A DNA stretch of 64,000 bases from an uncultured Candidatus Rokubacteria bacterium (GTDB lineage: Bacteria; Methylomirabilota; Methylomirabilia; Rokubacteriales; CSP1-6): positions 2,048,001 through 2,112,000 of the forward strand of contig CAVYTA010000006.1 in assembly GCA_963771355.1 (NCBI GenBank), written 5' to 3'. The notes below the pieces were generated by a model. It made no database searches, was not told the origin of the DNA, and worked only from the letters and a program-made list of their open reading frames with translations. A program made the translations under genes and the position numbers. Shown piece after piece: positions 40,415 to 51,487 of the stretch (positions within the stretch are counted from its first letter, which is position 1; the number at the start of each line of letters is the position of its first letter).

Positions 40415-41932
40415 ATGCTCGCGCGCATCCGCTCCGCCGGTATCCATGGCATCCAGGCCCGGAGCGTCTGGGTGGAGGTCGACGTCACCAGCGGGCTGCC
40501 CAGCTTCTCGACGGTCGGGCTTCCCGACTCCACCGTCCGCGAGAGCCGCGACCGGATCCGCGCCGCCATCCGCAATTCGGGCTTCGAGTTCCCCATGGAG
40601 CGGATCACGGTGAGCCTGGCGCCGGCCGACTTCAGGAAGGAAGGCGCGGCCTTCGATCTCCCGATGGCGCTGGGCATCCTCGCCGCCACCGGCCTCGTGA
40701 AGCCCTCGCTGCTGGAGCGCTGCGCCGTGCTGGGCGAGCTCGCCCTGGACGGCAGTGTCCGCTCGGTGCGCGGCGCCCTGCCGGTGGCCCTCCATTGCCG
40801 GGACGCGGCCGTCCCCTGGCTCTTGCTGCCCGCCGGCAATGCCGCCGAGGCCGCCGCGGTGATGGGCGTGGACGCGGTGGCGCTCACCTCTCTTCACGAG
40901 GCGGTCGAGTATCTCAATGGGGAGCGCCCGCTCCTCCCTTTCGTGCGCGAGCCGCTCTCCACTGGCGAGCCCACGGCGGCGGGCGCGGACTTCTCGGAGG
41001 TGCGCGGGCAGGCGCATGCCAAGCGCGCCCTCGAGATCGCCGCCGCCGGCGCCCATAACGTGCTGATGGTCGGGCCCCCCGGCGCAGGCAAGACCATGCT
41101 GGCTCGGCGACTGGCCACCATCCTCCCTCCGCTGACCCTGGACGAGGCGATCGAGGTCTCGGCGATCTGGAGCGTGGCGGGCCTACTCTCCGCCGGTCAG
41201 GGCCTCGTCACCGTCCGGCCGTTCCGAGCGCCGCATCACACCGTGTCGGAGTCCGGTCTCATCGGCGGCGGCAGCGTGCCTCATCCGGGCGAGGTGAGCC
41301 TGGGGCATCTCGGCGTTGTCTTCCTCGACGAGCTGCCCGAGTTCACCCGCCGCGCGCTGGAATCGCTACGCCAGCCGCTCGAGGAAGGCACCGTCGCCGT
41401 CGCCCGCGCCGCCGGCACCGCTGTCTTTCCCGCACGCTTTCAGCTCGTCGCCGCCGCCAATCCCTGCCGGCGCGCCTGCCGCTCCCTCGAACGCTGTGTT
41501 TGCACGGAGGGGGAACGGCGCCAGTATCTCGGCCGGCTATCGGGCCCCCTGCTCGACCGCATCGACCTGCATCTCGAGCTTCCCGCGGTGGGCGTCACCG
41601 AGCTCACGTCGGAGATTTTCGAGGAACCGTCCACCGTCATCCGGGCCCGTGTGATGGCCGCCCGCGCCCGGCAAACCGCGCGCTTCCACGAGACGAATAT
41701 CCGCGTCAATGCCGGGATGCCGGGCCGGGCCACGCGCCGCTGGTGCGCACCCCCACCCGACGCCGCGCGGCTCCTCGCCCGCGCGGTGAGCCGGCTCGGG
41801 CTCTCCGCACGCGCCTATCACCGCGTCCTCAAGGTTGCCCGCACCATCGCGGATCTCGCGGGCGCAGACGGTATCACCGTCGAGCATGTGTCGGAGGCCG
41901 TCCAGTACCGCACCCTGGACCGTACGGAGTGA
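40415..41932 (+). CDS. comM: ComM/YifB Mg-chelatase-like AAA+ helicase
   Basis: VGLPD..VRESRDR, GPPGAGKT, FRAPHH, LDELPEF, LSGPLLDRID, LSAR. Confidence 0.94.
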   Translation: MLARIRSAGIHGIQARSVWVEVDVTSGLPSFSTVGLPDSTVRESRDRIRAAIRNSGFEFPMERITVSLAPADFRKEGAAFDLPMALGILAATGLVKPSLLERCAVLGELALDGSVRSVRGALPVALHCRDAAVPWLLLPAGNAAEAAAVMGVDAVALTSLHEAVEYLNGERPLLPFVREPLSTGEPTAAGADFSEVRGQAHAKRALEIAAAGAHNVLMVGPPGAGKTMLARRLATILPPLTLDEAIEVSAIWSVAGLLSAGQGLVTVRPFRAPHHTVSESGLIGGGSVPHPGEVSLGHLGVVFLDELPEFTRRALESLRQPLEEGTVAVARAAGTAVFPARFQLVAAANPCRRACRSLERCVCTEGERRQYLGRLSGPLLDRIDLHLELPAVGVTELTSEIFEEPSTVIRARVMAARARQTARFHETNIRVNAGMPGRATRRWCAPPPDAARLLARAVSRLGLSARAYHRVLKVARTIADLAGADGITVEHVSEAVQYRTLDRTE

Positions 41933-41981
41933 AGCTAGCTGAGTGTGCCGCGGAACTGGAAAGAGTCGGGGCGAGCGGAGG

Positions 41982-42662
41982 CTAGCGGAGGCGAATGCGG
42001 CCGGCGGGCGGGACGTTGGTGTAGGTGACACTACCCCGGCCGTCTTCGTAGCGGAATATCGGCTGGGATACGCCCACCCCACCACCCCCGTGGATCTGTA
42101 AGATCTTCCGCACGTAGTCCTGGGTTTCTGGATACGGCGGGATGCCGCGATACGTATCCACCGCGCCGGCGCCCGCATTGTACGCGGCCAGCGCCAGTGG
42201 GAGATTGCCGGGATAGCGATCGACGAGATAGCGCAGATGCCGGACGCCGCCCTCGATGTTCTGCCGCGGATCGAAGGCATTGCGCACGCCAAGGGAGGAA
42301 GCCGTCTGCGGCATCAGCTGCATGAGCCCCTGGGCACCCTTGCGCGAGACGGCGGAAGCATTGAAGGCAGACTCGACGCGAATGACGGACTCGACCAGGC
42401 TGGGGCTCAGACCATGGCGGCCCGCGATCTCCTTGATCTCGTCCTGGTATCTCGCCTGGGTGACCGGCGGTAAGCGGAGCCAGCCGGTATTGGTTCCCGT
42501 CGTCCCGGGCATTTGCCGGTAGCGGGGGTCGGTCGGCGCATTGGTGAAGTGCGTCACGCCTTCGCCGTCGGTGAGGCGATACGAGGAAGCATGGCCATCC
42601 ACTATTGGGAGGCCCGTCGTGGTCAAAAGGAAGAAACTACCGAGAAGAAGGTTTCTGGACAC
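41982..42662 (-). CDS. Lytic transglycosylase (SLT domain)
   Basis: VESAFN, GAQGLMQLMP, AAYNAG, PPYPETQDYV; N-terminal signal and HFTN segment. Confidence 0.92.
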   Translation of the reverse strand: MSRNLLLGSFFLLTTTGLPIVDGHASSYRLTDGEGVTHFTNAPTDPRYRQMPGTTGTNTGWLRLPPVTQARYQDEIKEIAGRHGLSPSLVESVIRVESAFNASAVSRKGAQGLMQLMPQTASSLGVRNAFDPRQNIEGGVRHLRYLVDRYPGNLPLALAAYNAGAGAVDTYRGIPPYPETQDYVRKILQIHGGGGVGVSQPIFRYEDGRGSVTYTNVPPAGRIRLR

Positions 42663-42720
42663 GATAGGTCAAGCATAAGCTAGCCGCCAAGACGGAGGCA
42701 AGAGTGAACTAAAACGCCTG

Positions 42721-42750
42721 TCCCGACTGGGGCTTATCCCCCAGTCGGGA
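42721..42750 (-). terminator. 12-bp hairpin downstream of lon
   Basis: tcccgactgggg-cttatc-ccccagtcggga. Confidence 0.6.
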
Positions 42751-42763
42751 AGTAATTTTCCCA

Positions 42764-45169
42764 CTAGTTTTGCGAGGCGACCAACTCGCCCAACGTGGGC
42801 GCGTCCACGTGCGGCGGGTCTTCCAACGCGAGGCGGATGACCTGGTCGATAGATTCCACCAAGTGGAAGGTCATACCCTTGCGCGCATCCTCCGGCACGT
42901 CCTCGAGCAGGTTCTTCTCGTTCCGGCTCGGCAGGATGATCGTGCGGACACCCGCGCGCCGGGCGGCCAGCACCTTCTCCTTGATGCCGCCTACCGGCAG
43001 CACCCTTCCCGACAGCGTGACCTCGCCCGTCATGGCCAGGTTCGACCGTACCGCCCGACGTGTGAGAAGCGAGACCAGGCACGTGACCATGGTCACCCCG
43101 GCCGACGGCCCATCCTTGGGGATGGCGCCGGCCGGGATGTGCACGTGGAGATCGGAGTGCTCCCAGAAGTCGGAGCGTATTCCCAGATCGGGCGCGTGGG
43201 ACCGGACCCAGGACAGCGCCGTCTGCGCGGACTCCTTCATCACATCACCGAGCTGACCGGTGAGGGCGAGCGTCTTGCTGCCCTTCATGCGAGTCGCCTC
43301 GATGAAGAGGATATCGCCGCCGGTCGGCGTCCACGCGAGCCCCACCGCCACTCCGGGCACGCGCGTCCGCTCCTCGATCTCCTCCTGCACGAAGCGCGGG
43401 GCGCCGAGCAGCTCGCCCACCAGCGCCGGCGTCACCTCCACGAGCGCCGTCTCTCCCTCCACTCTCCGCTTGGCGAGCTTCCGGGTGATGGCCGCGATTT
43501 CCCGCTCGAGATTCCGGAGCCCGGCCTCGCGCGTGTACCCCCGGACGAGGATCCGGACTGCGTCGTCGGTCCAGCGCATGTGGTCGCCCAGCGCCATCCC
43601 ATGATCGGCCGCCTGCTTGGGGATCAGGTGCTGATGCGCGATGTGCACCTTCTCTTCCTCCGTATACCCGGCGAGCTCGATGATTTCCATCCGGTCACGG
43701 AGCGCCGCCGGCACCGTGTCGAGCATGTTGGCGGTGGTGATGAACAGCGCCTTCGACAGGTCGAACGGCACATCGACATAGTGGTCGCGGAAGGCACCGT
43801 TCTGCTCGGGGTCGAGCACCTCCAGCAGCGCCGAGGCTGGATCCCCGCGGAAGTCCATGCCGAGCTTGTCGATCTCGTCCAGCATGAAGACGGGGTTCTT
43901 CGTCTCCGCGCGGCGCAAACCCTGGATGATCTGACCGGGTAGCGCCCCGATGTACGTCCGCCGGTGCCCGCGGATCTCCGCCTCGTCGCGCATACCGCCG
44001 AGCGAGATCCGGTGGAATTTCCTACCCAGCGCCCGGGCGATCGAGCGTCCGAGCGAGGTCTTGCCCACGCCGGGAGGGCCCACGAAGCAGAGGATCGGGT
44101 CCTTGCCCGCCGGTCGCATGCTCTTGACCGCGAGGTACTCGAGAATACGGTCCTTCACCTTGGGCAGACCCCAGTGGTCGGCGTCAAGGATGGTGCGGGC
44201 CTCGGCGAGATTCAGGTTGTCCTGAGTCTCTTTGGCCCACGGCAGCGCCACCAGCCACTCGAGATAGGTGCGCGCTACCGTGTACTCGGCCGCCGCGGGC
44301 GGCATCTTGGCGAGTCGGTCGAGCTCGCGCAGCGCCTCCCGCTTGGCCTCCTCGGGCATGCCCGCGGTCTCGATCTTGCCGCGCAGCTCATCCGCCTCCT
44401 GGCCGCGCTCATCGCTGTCGCCGAGCTCCTTCTGGATGGCCTTGAGCTGCTCGCGCAGGTAGTACTCGCGCTGACCCTTGCCCATCTCGGACTCCACCTG
44501 TGATTGGATCTTGGAGCCGAGAGCGAGGATCTCCGCCTCCTTGGTGAGAGCGGGCACCAGCCGGGCCAGCCGGGCCTTCACGGACTCCGTCTCCAGGAGC
44601 TCCTGACGGAGCTCGGTGGAGAGGGACGGCAGAGCTGACGACACCACGTCCGCGACGCGCCCAGGCTCCGTCACGGTTTCCACCGCGCCGGCCAGCTCGT
44701 CGGGGAGAAAGGGCGAGAGCTCCACCACCTGGCGGAACAGCGTGTTCACGTTGCGCACGAGGGCCTCGGCCTCGAGGTCGCCCTTCTCGGCGGGCACGTC
44801 CGCGAGCACCTCCACGCGCGCGCGGAGGAACGGCTTCTGCTGCAGCACTTCCACGATCCGGATTCGGGACATGCCCTGCACCACGAGCCGCACGGTCCCG
44901 TCGGGCTGCTTGAGCACCTTGTGGATGGTCGCCACCGTCCCCACCCGGTGCAGATCCCTCTCCTGGGGATCCTCCACCGCGGCGTCCCGCTGGCCGAAGA
45001 CGCCGATCACCCGATCGCCGCGCACGGCATCCTCGATCAGGTGGACGGACGCCTCCCGGCCCGCGGCAAGAGGAAGCACCGCCTCGGGGAAGAGAACGGT
45101 CCCCCGCAGGGGCAGGATCGAAAGCACCTCGGGTACCGGCCGAGTGGTACCGCCGAGTTCGTTGGCCAT
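42764..45169 (-). CDS. lon: ATP-dependent Lon protease
   Basis: LON N-domain, GPPGVGKTS, HRRTYIGA, KDGPSAG, GGIKEK. Confidence 0.97.
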   Translation of the reverse strand: MANELGGTTRPVPEVLSILPLRGTVLFPEAVLPLAAGREASVHLIEDAVRGDRVIGVFGQRDAAVEDPQERDLHRVGTVATIHKVLKQPDGTVRLVVQGMSRIRIVEVLQQKPFLRARVEVLADVPAEKGDLEAEALVRNVNTLFRQVVELSPFLPDELAGAVETVTEPGRVADVVSSALPSLSTELRQELLETESVKARLARLVPALTKEAEILALGSKIQSQVESEMGKGQREYYLREQLKAIQKELGDSDERGQEADELRGKIETAGMPEEAKREALRELDRLAKMPPAAAEYTVARTYLEWLVALPWAKETQDNLNLAEARTILDADHWGLPKVKDRILEYLAVKSMRPAGKDPILCFVGPPGVGKTSLGRSIARALGRKFHRISLGGMRDEAEIRGHRRTYIGALPGQIIQGLRRAETKNPVFMLDEIDKLGMDFRGDPASALLEVLDPEQNGAFRDHYVDVPFDLSKALFITTANMLDTVPAALRDRMEIIELAGYTEEEKVHIAHQHLIPKQAADHGMALGDHMRWTDDAVRILVRGYTREAGLRNLEREIAAITRKLAKRRVEGETALVEVTPALVGELLGAPRFVQEEIEERTRVPGVAVGLAWTPTGGDILFIEATRMKGSKTLALTGQLGDVMKESAQTALSWVRSHAPDLGIRSDFWEHSDLHVHIPAGAIPKDGPSAGVTMVTCLVSLLTRRAVRSNLAMTGEVTLSGRVLPVGGIKEKVLAARRAGVRTIILPSRNEKNLLEDVPEDARKGMTFHLVESIDQVIRLALEDPPHVDAPTLGELVASQN

Positions 45170-45185
45170 GTTCGGTTCCTTTCTG

Positions 45186-45572
45186 TCAGAACATCTCGAT
45201 GGGCGAGAGCTGTCCGGAGGCAGCCCGAACCAGCGCCTCCCCGGTGCCCCGGCTCGTCGAGTCGGGTTTCTGCGCGACATCGTCCCGCACGTAGCCCAGG
45301 AGCTGTTCCATCTGCGCCTGCATCGCGAGCATCCGTCGTCTCATCTTTAAGATGATCTCCACGCCGGCCAGATTCACGCCCAGATCCCGCGTGAGCCTGG
45401 TCAGCCGGGCGATCTCGTCCACGTCGTCCGCCGAGTACATCCGGGTCTTGCCGATGGTGCGGCTGGGCTGGATGAGGCCCTTCTTCTCGTACATGCGTAG
45501 GGTCTGGGGATGGAGCTTGAGCATGTCCGACACCGCACCGATCATGTAGAGGGGCTTGCCTTTGTCGGTCAT
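45186..45572 (-). CDS. hspR: Heat-shock repressor HspR (MerR family)
   Basis: LHPQTLRMYE, PSRT.G.TRMYS, LGVNLAGV; follows dnaJ. Confidence 0.92.
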   Translation of the reverse strand: MTDKGKPLYMIGAVSDMLKLHPQTLRMYEKKGLIQPSRTIGKTRMYSADDVDEIARLTRLTRDLGVNLAGVEIILKMRRRMLAMQAQMEQLLGYVRDDVAQKPDSTSRGTGEALVRAASGQLSPIEMF

Positions 45573-46573
45573 GCCCGCGCCGTCCTTTTCCCGGGATTCG
45601 CGGCCGGGCTCGGCAGTAGCCGGTCGAGGTCGCGGATCATCTCCTGCGTTCTCACATCCAGGTCCCGGGGGATGGCGACCGACACCGCCACGAACAGGTC
45701 CCCCCGGCCCTCACCCGACAGCCGCGGCATACCGCGCCCACGGACACGAAGCACCTGCCCGCTCTGGGTGCCGGGTGGTACCACCAGGTCGACCTCGCCC
45801 CACAGGGTGCGTACCGTCACGCGGGCACCAAGTATTGCCTCGGCGACGCTCACCGGCACCTCCGCGTACAGGTTGTCGCCCTTACGCGTAAAGACAGGAT
45901 CGTCGTGCACCCGCGTGATGACGATCAGGTCCCCGCGCGGGCCGCCGAAGGGGCCGGCATGCCCCTCTTCCGGGATGCGGATCTGCGAGCCGGTGTCCAT
46001 GCCGGCGGGAATCGCCACCCGCACAACCGCGCGGGAGGGCGTCACCCCACGTCCGCGGCAGGCGGGGCAGGGCTCGGTCACCCGCTCACCCGCGCCCGCG
46101 CAGACCGGGCACTCGGACGTCCGGGGGGCAGAGTCACCGCTCCAGACCACGCCGGCGCCCCCGCAGTGCGCACACGTCGCCATCAGCCCGCCGGGCCGGG
46201 ACCCGCTGGTGCCGCAGGTCTCGCAGGGCGAAAGCCGCTCCACCGTGAGATCCGCGGTGAGCCCATTGGCCGCCTGGTCGAATGCCAGCTCCACCGGCAC
46301 GTGCACATGATCCCCACGCCGGCCCGGCGGCCGTCCACCGGCGCTCGCGTCGGTCGCGGCGGCGCCGCCCTGCCGGTCGTACAGGGTACGCGCGGAGGGA
46401 TCGCCGAGGACGCGATACGCCTGGCTGATCTCCTCAAACAAAGAGTGGGCCTCGCGGTCCCAGAAGTTGACGTCCGGCGAATAGCGCCGCGCCAGCCGCT
46501 GGTACGCGCGGCGGACCTGGACAGCGGAGGCCGCCGTCCCGATTCCCAGTACCGCGTAATAGTCTCTGGCCAT
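45569..46573 (-). CDS. dnaJ: DnaJ-family co-chaperone with SPD instead of HPD
   Basis: DYYAVLG J-domain, four CxxC zinc-finger motifs, GDL C-terminal domain. Confidence 0.9.
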   Translation of the reverse strand: MARDYYAVLGIGTAASAVQVRRAYQRLARRYSPDVNFWDREAHSLFEEISQAYRVLGDPSARTLYDRQGGAAATDASAGGRPPGRRGDHVHVPVELAFDQAANGLTADLTVERLSPCETCGTSGSRPGGLMATCAHCGGAGVVWSGDSAPRTSECPVCAGAGERVTEPCPACRGRGVTPSRAVVRVAIPAGMDTGSQIRIPEEGHAGPFGGPRGDLIVITRVHDDPVFTRKGDNLYAEVPVSVAEAILGARVTVRTLWGEVDLVVPPGTQSGQVLRVRGRGMPRLSGEGRGDLFVAVSVAIPRDLDVRTQEMIRDLDRLLPSPAANPGKRTARA

Positions 46574-46586
46574 GTCTAAGTGATCG

Positions 46587-46610
46587 GGCCCCCCGGGCGG
46601 CCGGGGGGCC
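46587..46610. other. Intergenic 10-bp GC hairpin between dnaK and dnaJ
   Basis: ggccccccgg-gcgg-ccggggggcc. Confidence 0.6.
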
Positions 46611-46616
46611 GGTCGG

Positions 46617-48539
<1,923 letters not shown>

Positions 48540-48593
48540 GTTGTCCGTCTCCTCTCAAATTGTCTGCCTACCGCTTGGCGCGCTCACCGGGAA

Positions 48594-49067
48594 CTACAGA
48601 ACGTCGATCTTGATCGACTTGGGCTTGATCTCCTCCGCCTTGGGGAGAGTGATCATGAGCACCCCGTCGCGATACGTTGCCTTCACCTTGTCGGCCTGCA
48701 CGGAAACCGGCAGCGAGAGATGCCGCTCGAATCGCCCGTACCAGCGCTCGCCGCGGTGGAAGCTTTCCTGCTTGGTGTCCTGGTTCAGCGTGCGCTCGCC
48801 CTTCAGCGACAGAACGTCGCCAGTGATGGACAGCTGCACTTCCTTCTCGCTGACGCCGGGCAGCTCCGCAGCCACCAGGAGATCGTCCTTGGTCTCGTAC
48901 ATGTCGACCGCGGGCGCCCAGACACGATCGCCGCCAGGCATGGTCCCTGAGCGCCCCAAGAACCCGTCGAACACGCGGTTCAATTCGGACTGAAAGTCGC
49001 CCACTTCGCGAAACGGATCCCAACGCTCGACGCTCTGCGCCATCGGACGCCATCTGAGAATTGCCAT
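48594..49067 (-). CDS. Small heat-shock protein (Hsp20)
   Basis: PAVD, ELPGV, ER.YG.FER, DGVL.I.LPK; AAGGAGG RBS. Confidence 0.95.
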   Translation of the reverse strand: MAILRWRPMAQSVERWDPFREVGDFQSELNRVFDGFLGRSGTMPGGDRVWAPAVDMYETKDDLLVAAELPGVSEKEVQLSITGDVLSLKGERTLNQDTKQESFHRGERWYGRFERHLSLPVSVQADKVKATYRDGVLMITLPKAEEIKPKSIKIDVL

Positions 49068-49106
49068 GTGCCCCTCCTTGGCCGGATCTGCTTCCCGGCT
49101 CACAAA

Positions 49107-49151
49107 GTTGAGTCTGAGTTACTTATATTCTATGAGTCTGGCTCTGTCAAG
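49107..49151 (-). promoter_or_regulatory. Sigma70 promoter overlapped by two HAIR-like HspR operators
   Basis: Minus strand TTGACA(49150-45)-N17-TATAAG(49127-22); GTTGAGT-N7-ACTTATA (49107-27) and TATGAGT-N7-TGTCAAG (49131-51) vs HAIR consensus CTTGAGT-N7-ACTCAAG. Confidence 0.8.
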
Positions 49152-49231
49152 CTAGACGCCAAAATCTAGATAACCTCTTCAAACTCTTAGGGTTTTTGAC
49201 ACCTCCAAACCTGGAATGCTATGGTTGGCCG

Positions 49232-49882
49232 ATGCGATTGGGGTGCCTCGGCTGCCTTATCGTGATCGTCGCGATCCTGGTGGTCGCTGTCGCGGCGGCG
49301 GGATTCATCTTCCTATCCGGAAACATGGGCACTCCCCCGGACGTTCAGCCCACCCGGTTTACCCGGGCGGATGGTTACTCGGCGCAGCGCAAGCTCTACG
49401 AGCTCGTGCTCCGAGAATCCGGACGCTCGACGCGGACCGACTCGGTGGTTCTGAGTGAGGCGGAGGTCAATGCCTTCCTCGCCAATCATCTCGCCGAGGC
49501 CGCCGATCTTCCCTTCAGCCCTCTCATCGTTCGCTTCGCGGCCGGCCAGATCGAGCTCCGGGGCCAGACTCTGCTCCGGAATCTCCTGCAGGGACCTCCG
49601 TTCCCCCAGCTGATGCCGTACCTACCGGCCGCCCGCCTGGACCAGCCAGTCTGGGTCACGGTGCGAGGACGGTTCCTCATCGACCATCCGCGAACGAAGG
49701 GGGGCCGGGGCTATGCACGGGTCGAGGTCACGGAATTCGCCCTGGGCAAGCAGCCAGTGGGGCGCTGGCTGTTGTGGCTCATGCTGGGCCCTGCCAGCTC
49801 GAAGCTCCTGCGCTTCCAGGTGCCCTCGGTCGTGGATTCGGTGGAGATCGACGAGCGGCGCGCCGTGATCCGGACGCAGTAG
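49232..49882 (+). CDS. Hypothetical N-terminally membrane-anchored protein
   Basis: GCLGC followed by a hydrophobic helix; divergent from hsp20; TTGACA at 49196 upstream. Confidence 0.7.
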   Translation: MRLGCLGCLIVIVAILVVAVAAAGFIFLSGNMGTPPDVQPTRFTRADGYSAQRKLYELVLRESGRSTRTDSVVLSEAEVNAFLANHLAEAADLPFSPLIVRFAAGQIELRGQTLLRNLLQGPPFPQLMPYLPAARLDQPVWVTVRGRFLIDHPRTKGGRGYARVEVTEFALGKQPVGRWLLWLMLGPASSKLLRFQVPSVVDSVEIDERRAVIRTQ

Positions 49883-50087
49883 GCGCCGTCAGCCGCCGGA
49901 AATCTTCGCGATGCGCACGTAGCGCATCCGGACGTCGTGGAGAAGCCCTCGAGGAGTTCCCCCTCCGGCGTCGCCCGGTTTCTCCGGGTTTCCGCGAAGG
50001 ATCCGCAGGGTCCCCGGCCCGCGCCCCCGAAGTCCTTCAAGGACACCAGACCTTGTGTATACTGTCCGTGCACTTCCAGGACCTTCC

Positions 50088-50921
50088 ATGGCTGACTCCG
50101 CCGGCACCCTCTTCGAATCCCTGCTCTCCATCATGTCTCGTCTGAGAAGCGAGGGGGGATGTCCCTGGGACCGTGAGCAGACCCGCGAGTCGCTGAAGCC
50201 CTACCTGATCGAGGAGGCCTACGAGGCCCTAGACGCCCTCGACTCCGGTCAGCCGGAGCACATCCAGGAAGAGCTGGGCGACGTCCTGTTCCAGGTGGTC
50301 TTCCACAGTCAGCTCGCGCGCGAGGGTGGCGAGTTCACGATGGCGGACTTGCTCGCCCGGCTCAACGAGAAGATGATCCGGCGCCATCCGCACGTCTTCG
50401 CCGGAGGCCGCGTCGCCGACGCCGACGAGGCGCTGTCGCAGTGGGAGCGGATCAAGCGCGCCGAGGGAAAGCCGGACGGCTCGCCCCGTTCGGCGCTGAC
50501 GGGCGTGCCCGCCTCGCTGCCTGCGCTCCTGCGCGCGCAGCGGCTTCAGGTGAAGGCCGGCCGCGTGGGCTTCGACTGGCCGGGATGGCGCGACGCCTGG
50601 CCCAAGGTAGCCGAGGAGATGGCGGAGCTCGAGCGCGCGGCGGCGGAAGGCGATCCGGGCCGTATACGTGAGGAGCTCGGCGACCTGCTGTTCTCGGTCG
50701 TCAACGTGGCCCGGCTGCTCGGCGTGGATGCCGAGGACAGCCTGAGGCGGGCCGCGGAGAAGTTCACCCGTCGCTTCAACGAGGTGGAGGGGGAGATGAG
50801 GGCCGGGGGCCGGACCGTCGGTGAGGTGTCGCAGGAAGAGCTGGAGCGGGCGTGGGAAGCGGTCAAAGCGCGCGAAGGTGAACCGGCGCCCGACCGGCCC
50901 GACGCAGGTGACCGGCCATGA
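50088..50921 (+). CDS. mazG: Nucleoside triphosphate pyrophosphohydrolase MazG
   Basis: GCPWDREQT, EEAYE, EELGD twice, RRHPHVF, GFDW. Confidence 0.95.
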   Translation: MADSAGTLFESLLSIMSRLRSEGGCPWDREQTRESLKPYLIEEAYEALDALDSGQPEHIQEELGDVLFQVVFHSQLAREGGEFTMADLLARLNEKMIRRHPHVFAGGRVADADEALSQWERIKRAEGKPDGSPRSALTGVPASLPALLRAQRLQVKAGRVGFDWPGWRDAWPKVAEEMAELERAAAEGDPGRIREELGDLLFSVVNVARLLGVDAEDSLRRAAEKFTRRFNEVEGEMRAGGRTVGEVSQEELERAWEAVKAREGEPAPDRPDAGDRP

Positions 50922-51451
50922 AGGCCAAGATCGGCACCGCCACCATCTCGATTCAGCTGGGTGACATCACGGACGCCGAGGTCGACGCCATCGTGAACGC
51001 GGCGAACTCCCAACTCCTGATGGGCACGGGAGTGGCGGGGGCCATGAAGCGCAAGGGTGGCACCGTGATCGAGGAGGACGCCGTCCGTCAGGGGCCCATC
51101 GAGGTGGGCGAGGCCGTCCTGTCGGTGGCTGGCAACCTGCCCGCCACCCACGTGATCCATGCCGCCACCATGGGCCCGGACCTCAAGACCGATCCCGAAT
51201 TCATCGCCGCCGCCACCAAGTCCAGCTTGGCTCTGGTCGAGAAGCACCGGCTTACGTCCATTGCCTTCCCCGCCCTGGGAAGCGGGGTGGGAGGGGTCCC
51301 TCCCGCGAAGAGCGCGGAGGCCATGCTGGGGGCTCTGGCCGAGCACCTGAAATCCGGTAAGTCCTCGTTACAAAAGGTGCAGTTCATCCTCTATCAAGCT
51401 GAGGCACAGAAAGCTTTTACCGACACGTTGAAAAAGCTTACTGGGTTATAG
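50918..51451 (+). CDS. Macro domain protein (ADP-ribose binding/hydrolase)
   Basis: GDIT..VDAIVNAAN, GVAGA, VIHA, SIAFPALG. Confidence 0.92.
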   Translation: MKAKIGTATISIQLGDITDAEVDAIVNAANSQLLMGTGVAGAMKRKGGTVIEEDAVRQGPIEVGEAVLSVAGNLPATHVIHAATMGPDLKTDPEFIAAATKSSLALVEKHRLTSIAFPALGSGVGGVPPAKSAEAMLGALAEHLKSGKSSLQKVQFILYQAEAQKAFTDTLKKLTGL

Positions 51452-51487
51452 TGGGAAGGTCGGGCTCGGAAGCGGGCCCTCCGGAAG

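Noticed and set aside
50088..51451. Anti-phage or toxin-antitoxin module (MazG/DarG-like)
   Set aside because: MazG is the two-domain housekeeping type, and no toxin or ADP-ribosyltransferase gene is adjacent.
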